IMG/VR virus record: IMGVR_UViG_3300047282_000479
Span: 1-59,932 of that record
Reading direction: 5' to 3' (one strand)
DNA length: 59,932 nt
Source of the DNA: a virus
Taxonomy: Duplodnaviria > Caudoviricetes
Numbering within the stretch: position 1 is the first letter of the stretch; every line of letters begins with the position of its first letter. Shown here piece by piece: positions 56,623 through 59,932 of this stretch. A program made the translations under genes and the position numbers. A model generated the notes under the pieces. The model searched no databases and had not been told where the DNA came from. It saw only the letters and a program-made list of their open reading frames with translations.

Positions 56623-57040
56623 TCAAATTACCAAAACTATCGCTAAAATTTCCATCATCAGTGCTATAATAAATATCATTCAAACCAACAGCACTAAGCA
56701 ATTTACTACAATTTTCGCAAGGCTTACTTCCAAGAATCAATCCTTTTCGATTAATTCTAAGCACACATATTGTCCAATTAGGATCAATGGTATTATAGCG
56801 ATCAAGTAATTTAGAAATAAGATGACTTTCAGCATGATAAAACGGATGTTCCTTGTATTTAGGCAGATTAAAATCTTCTCCTATGCGATAAGCACCAGTG
56901 TGAGTTTTAATAGGATTATTTTGAGTAAAACCAATGATTTTAGTTCCATCATATGCAGCAGCGTAATGGTAGCATCTAATTTCTTTGATCGGATTCCAGT
57001 TTTGATATGCTTTCCGAATTGTTTTCTGAATAATCTTCAT
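56582..57040 (-). CDS. Zn-dependent cytidine-deaminase-fold protein
   Basis: HAE...SKPCENC...IYYS. Confidence 0.75.
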   Translation of the reverse strand: MKIIQKTIRKAYQNWNPIKEIRCYHYAAAYDGTKIIGFTQNNPIKTHTGAYRIGEDFNLPKYKEHPFYHAESHLISKLLDRYNTIDPNWTICVLRINRKGLILGSKPCENCSKLLSAVGLNDIYYSTDDGNFSDSFGNLTTVDELTMPTLVV

Positions 57041-57194
57041 CTTCTATACTGTATGTTTTCCAAAAAGTTTTATATTCTGTTGGGTCAGGTAGGGTATCGC
57101 CTTCAAACGATAGAGTATCATATAACTCTGATCGGTCAAGTAGTGGTGGCATCTTGATTTTTTTTGGCTCTTTTTTATTTTTAAAATTATCCAT
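56976..57194 (-). CDS. Hypothetical protein
   Basis: GAGG RBS, MDNFKNK start. Confidence 0.5.
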   Translation of the reverse strand: MDNFKNKKEPKKIKMPPLLDRSELYDTLSFEGDTLPDPTEYKTFWKTYSIEDEDYSENNSESISKLESDQRN

Positions 57195-57202
57195 AACTAA
57201 CC

Positions 57203-57349
57203 TCACTTACTGGCTAACATATATAAACCAATATTAGCGAAGGAATATCCGGCATAAGCAATACACATACCAATATTACCTTTATATCCTTGTTCTAAGG
57301 CTACATATAGATATACTAATCCCGTAAAGGCGATAAGCCAAGAACTCAT
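57203..57349 (-). CDS. Small two-TM phage membrane protein
   Basis: AAGGA RBS; MSSWLIAFTGLVYLYVALEQ.YKGN..M...YAGYSFANIGL. Confidence 0.65.
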   Translation of the reverse strand: MSSWLIAFTGLVYLYVALEQGYKGNIGMCIAYAGYSFANIGLYMLASK

Positions 57350-57372
57350 ATTATATTCCTTTTGGTGTATTA

Positions 57373-57470
57373 ATTTGTGGTATGTGCGAGATACCAAATC
57401 TACAATATAATAATCAGAAAACGCTCTGGACGCAATTACTCGCACTAATTGTTTCTTGGGCGTTTTTTGT
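57373..57470 (+). ncRNA. Two-hairpin kissing-loop RNA leader of HNH gene
   Basis: Loop 1 GTGCGAG (57384-57390) is the exact complement of loop 2 CTCGCAC (57439-57445); second hairpin ends in U-run. Confidence 0.6.
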
Positions 57471-57481
57471 TAGGTTTTACG

Positions 57482-58066
57482 ATGGATTATACCAAAGTTT
57501 GTAAGGTCTGTCAAATAGAGTATCCGGCTACAACTGAATATTTTCATAAACAAAAACATGGTAAATTTGGTTGTAGAACAATATGTAAAAAATGCGTTGC
57601 TGATAATACGGATAGAGAAAAACAAAAAATATATTATCGTAAATATTACGAAATAAATAGAAATAAAGTAATAAAAAAACAATTAGAATATATTAGCAAT
57701 AATAGAGATAAAGTTAATGCTAGACATAATCGTAAGTATCACTCAGATATTAATTATAAACTTAAGCATAATCTGAAACGAAGAATGAATAATGCTTTAA
57801 AAGGTTGTTATAAAACAAAATCTACAATCAAATTACTTGGATGTGATGTAAAAGAACTGAAAAATCATTTGGAAAAACAATTTGTTGACGGCATGAACTG
57901 GAAAAACTATGGCAAATGGCATATAGACCACATAATTCCTTGTGCTAGTTTTGATTTAACTGATCCAAAACAACAGAAAAAATGTTTTCATTATTCTAAT
58001 TTGCAACCACTGTGGGCTGTTGATAACATCCGAAAGTCGGATAAAGTTCTTGATAATGAGCAATAG
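57482..58066 (+). mobile_element. Free-standing HNH endonuclease
   Basis: ATG 57482; WHIDHIIPCASFDL...HYSNLQPLWAVDNIRKS; overlaps uvsE 3' end by 71 nt. Confidence 0.88.
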
Positions 58067-58949
58067 CCAAATCTTTTTGTTTAATCTCAAAGTCTAAATC
58101 GAACTCTAAACCATAAGTATTAATTGGTTGAGTAGCAAAGTCTGCGTGTTTACGAGGATTATTTCCTGGTGCAGATTCGCTGTAATGAAATAATGGAAGT
58201 TTATTACCAACGGTTAACCATGTTTCGTGACAACGATGAATAGCAAATTCTTCAGTCAGATTATCTGGATGGCATTTGTGGTGTAAATAGTCGAAACAAA
58301 TCGGTATTCCTGTAATTGGAAAAAATATATCAGTTAATTCCCGCACACTCCAACAATTCAATTTATCGTCACATTCTATTGTCAATCGTTTTTGACAATT
58401 TTCATCCAAACGCTTGAAATTTGAGAAAAATCTATAAGAGATTTCCTCTCTACTTCCATTGTTATTGTGAACATGAAGATTCATTGGGGAATTCGTATCT
58501 GCCGGTAATCCAATTCTGTCGAAAAAACTGCTGTAGAAGTTGAGTTCTGTGATTGTTTTATCAACAACCTTATCAGAAAGACTAGATAAACTGTTAAATT
58601 CTGACGGGTGACAACTAACGCGAACACCAGTATTGGAAATAGTTTGTGCGATATTATCAAACTCGTCTTGAATATCGTCATGGTTGGGTAAATCGTCTAA
58701 TGAGACATTAGCCTCGTTATAAGTAATAAGAGGGAAAATATCACTACTAACTCTATAAACGTAGTTATGATCACCGCAAAATTTGATTGTTTCATTGGTT
58801 GTTTGTAGATTATTAAGAATTCGTTCTCCAAGAATAGTTAGTGCTTCTTCTCTTGGCAAACTATTAAAACGCTTAAATGTCATGGTCTGATGACCAATGC
58901 CTTGCTCTTTGAGTTTGAGCGAAATACAACAGAGGCCGAATCTATTCAT
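57996..58949 (-). CDS. uvsE: UV-damage endonuclease UvsE/UVDE
   Basis: RFGLCCI, YRVSSDIFP, RVSCHP, NLHV, RLTIECDD, FDYLHH, FHYSE, HAD, EIKQKDLA. Confidence 0.9.
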   Translation of the reverse strand: MNRFGLCCISLKLKEQGIGHQTMTFKRFNSLPREEALTILGERILNNLQTTNETIKFCGDHNYVYRVSSDIFPLITYNEANVSLDDLPNHDDIQDEFDNIAQTISNTGVRVSCHPSEFNSLSSLSDKVVDKTITELNFYSSFFDRIGLPADTNSPMNLHVHNNNGSREEISYRFFSNFKRLDENCQKRLTIECDDKLNCWSVRELTDIFFPITGIPICFDYLHHKCHPDNLTEEFAIHRCHETWLTVGNKLPLFHYSESAPGNNPRKHADFATQPINTYGLEFDLDFEIKQKDLAIAHYQELYPTFGCYQQPTVVAN

Positions 58950-58966
58950 AAAATCTCCTTGGTCGC

Positions 58967-59007
58967 AGTATATCAGATTATCGGCCAGAGTCAAGCGTGT
59001 TCTTAAA
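58967..59007 (-). promoter_or_regulatory. Composite sigma70 + sigma28-like promoter (uvsE)
   Basis: TTTAAG..TTGACT-ctgGCCGATAA..TATACT. Confidence 0.7.
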
Positions 59008-59185
59008 CAATTTCTGCAACTGAGAGAACTTTTACAAGAGAATATTCTATAGAAGGAAAATGTAGTTTAAAATTAGATAATGCTTCATCAGATGATGAAC
59101 CAGTATGAAATTCACAAATTAATAGATTCTGTTTTGACAGATCATTATTCTTGTAAACCTGTGCTGTAATATTAAATGTTTTCAT
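59003..59185 (-). CDS. Hypothetical protein
   Basis: 60 aa. Confidence 0.55.
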   Translation of the reverse strand: MKTFNITAQVYKNNDLSKQNLLICEFHTGSSSDEALSNFKLHFPSIEYSLVKVLSVAEIV

Positions 59186-59786
59186 TTTTCATTAAATGTA
59201 AAGTATAAATTCTGTTAATTAAATCAAAAAAATCATTTTGAGACAAGGTGTTTTTTGCAGTATTGCAATTAAAGCAACAAGATACTATATTAGTTATCGT
59301 ATATCCATTAGCATTATCTATTCTGTCTATACCATTATAGATATAGTCTCCACTAGTTTTGCCTTGTCCCTTAATAATTCTATATGGTTTTATACCACAA
59401 TAAAAACAAGGCTCTTGAGTCAGTTTGCGGAAATGTTTTTTTGATATACTAAAACAGTATCCTCTTTTTTGTGCAGATAATTCGTATTGATAATATAGAT
59501 TATTAAATGCCGCTTCTCCTTTCTTGAGTTGCCAGGGCATATTTTTTGCACCTAATGATTTCCATTTACTAGAATCACGTTTGGAACACCCACAACTTAT
59601 CGTATTATCTCTTTTAAGTAGATTATTTCTCATCCATTTATTATTACTTCCACATAATTTACATTTAACTTTAGAATATCCTCTTTTAGTTTTAGAATTA
59701 CCTTCAACTACAGTTTTTTGGTCAATGATTTGTAGATTGCCTTTGCCAACTATATCTCCTATATCTAAACTCTTAGGTCTTGGCAT
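59172..59786 (-). mobile_element. Free-standing HNH endonuclease downstream of thyX
   Basis: ISCGC; PCFYCG...NGIDRIDNANGY...NIVSCCFNCNTAK. Confidence 0.85.
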
Positions 59787-59827
59787 TATAATGACTCCAT
59801 GAATGTAGAATTAACTTTTATACATTC

Positions 59828-59932
59828 TTAGATACACCATTCTTTTTCAAAACCACCTAAAGATTCAGCAATTACTGGAAATTGTTCGCAAAAAACCCTT
59901 TTACATTCTTTTGCAATGACCATATGTTCTTT
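59828..59932 (-). CDS. thyX: Probable flavin-dependent thymidylate synthase, C-terminal 34 aa only
   Basis: KEHMVIAKECKRVFCEQFPVIAESL matches my recollection of phage ThyX C-termini; too short to be certain. Confidence 0.55.
   Translation of the reverse strand, partial: KEHMVIAKECKRVFCEQFPVIAESLGGFEKEWCI

Noticed and set aside
57373-57470. Hammerhead ribozyme on minus strand (GAAAC..GTC, CTGA)
   Set aside because: Core reads CTGATTA rather than CTGANGA and stem II cannot form
51511-58994. ORF-track starts at 52155, 52750, 57445, 57449 and 58994 (also 45010, 39053 and 1078)
   Set aside because: These extensions run into tmRNA, promoters or structured RNA; downstream ATGs fit the RBS/promoter context better
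349-59802. Short plus-strand and alternate-frame ORFs in the track (e.g. 7319, 7532, 7544, 20622, 45584, 45925, 49616, 52965, 54761)
   Set aside because: They are shadows of well-supported genes or RNA genes, with no RBS or motifs
1-59932. Stop-codon reassignment
   Set aside because: Conserved genes (guaC, ruvB, ligase, rIIA, uvsE) are full length in the standard code and TAA, TAG and TGA all terminate genes
1-59932. Assignment of a specific host (e.g. Planctomycetota) or phage taxon
   Set aside because: Only indirect hints (sigma28-like promoters, membrane/protease cluster); cannot be supported without searches

Overview
This is a 60-kb segment of a large, AT-rich (roughly 30% GC by eye) tailed dsDNA phage genome in the standard genetic code. 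Almost all genes are on the minus strand; the only convincing plus-strand genes are HNH endonucleases. Left to right it contains: (1) nrdB (partial) and a dCMP deaminase; (2) a membrane-protein/holin-like cluster with a papain-like protease; (3) a virion fibre block (BspA-type LRR protein, repeat/propeller protein, Mtd_N-type and LamG-tipped fibres); (4) DeoC-like, ClpP-like, sigma-factor and bacterioferritin-like genes; (5) guaC, a nucleoside deoxyribosyltransferase-like gene and a glycosyl-/methyltransferase cluster; (6) subtilisin - actin-like ATPase - membrane anchor - trypsin; (7) ruvB with a RuvA-C-terminal-domain partner, then rIIB/rIIA; (8) an early region with DNA ligase, HhH glycosylase, endonuclease VII, SpoU methylase, UvsE and the thyX 3' end. 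RNA genes read directly from the sequence are a tRNA-Leu(UAA) split by a 198-nt group I intron, a tRNA-Ile(UAU) and a tmRNA (tag GNNQLALAA). Three unexplained structured RNAs are also present: an anticodon-less tRNA mimic after rIIB, a rod-like hairpin before tRNA-Leu, and a kissing-loop leader before an HNH gene. Two promoter classes recur. One is a composite sigma70 + sigma28-like interleaved promoter (7 copies). The other is a GGTGTA motif found before structural genes and before 8 of 9 HNH genes, usually inside a hairpin that covers or abuts the RBS. Family assignments come from motif recognition only; no database searches or folding programs were run.
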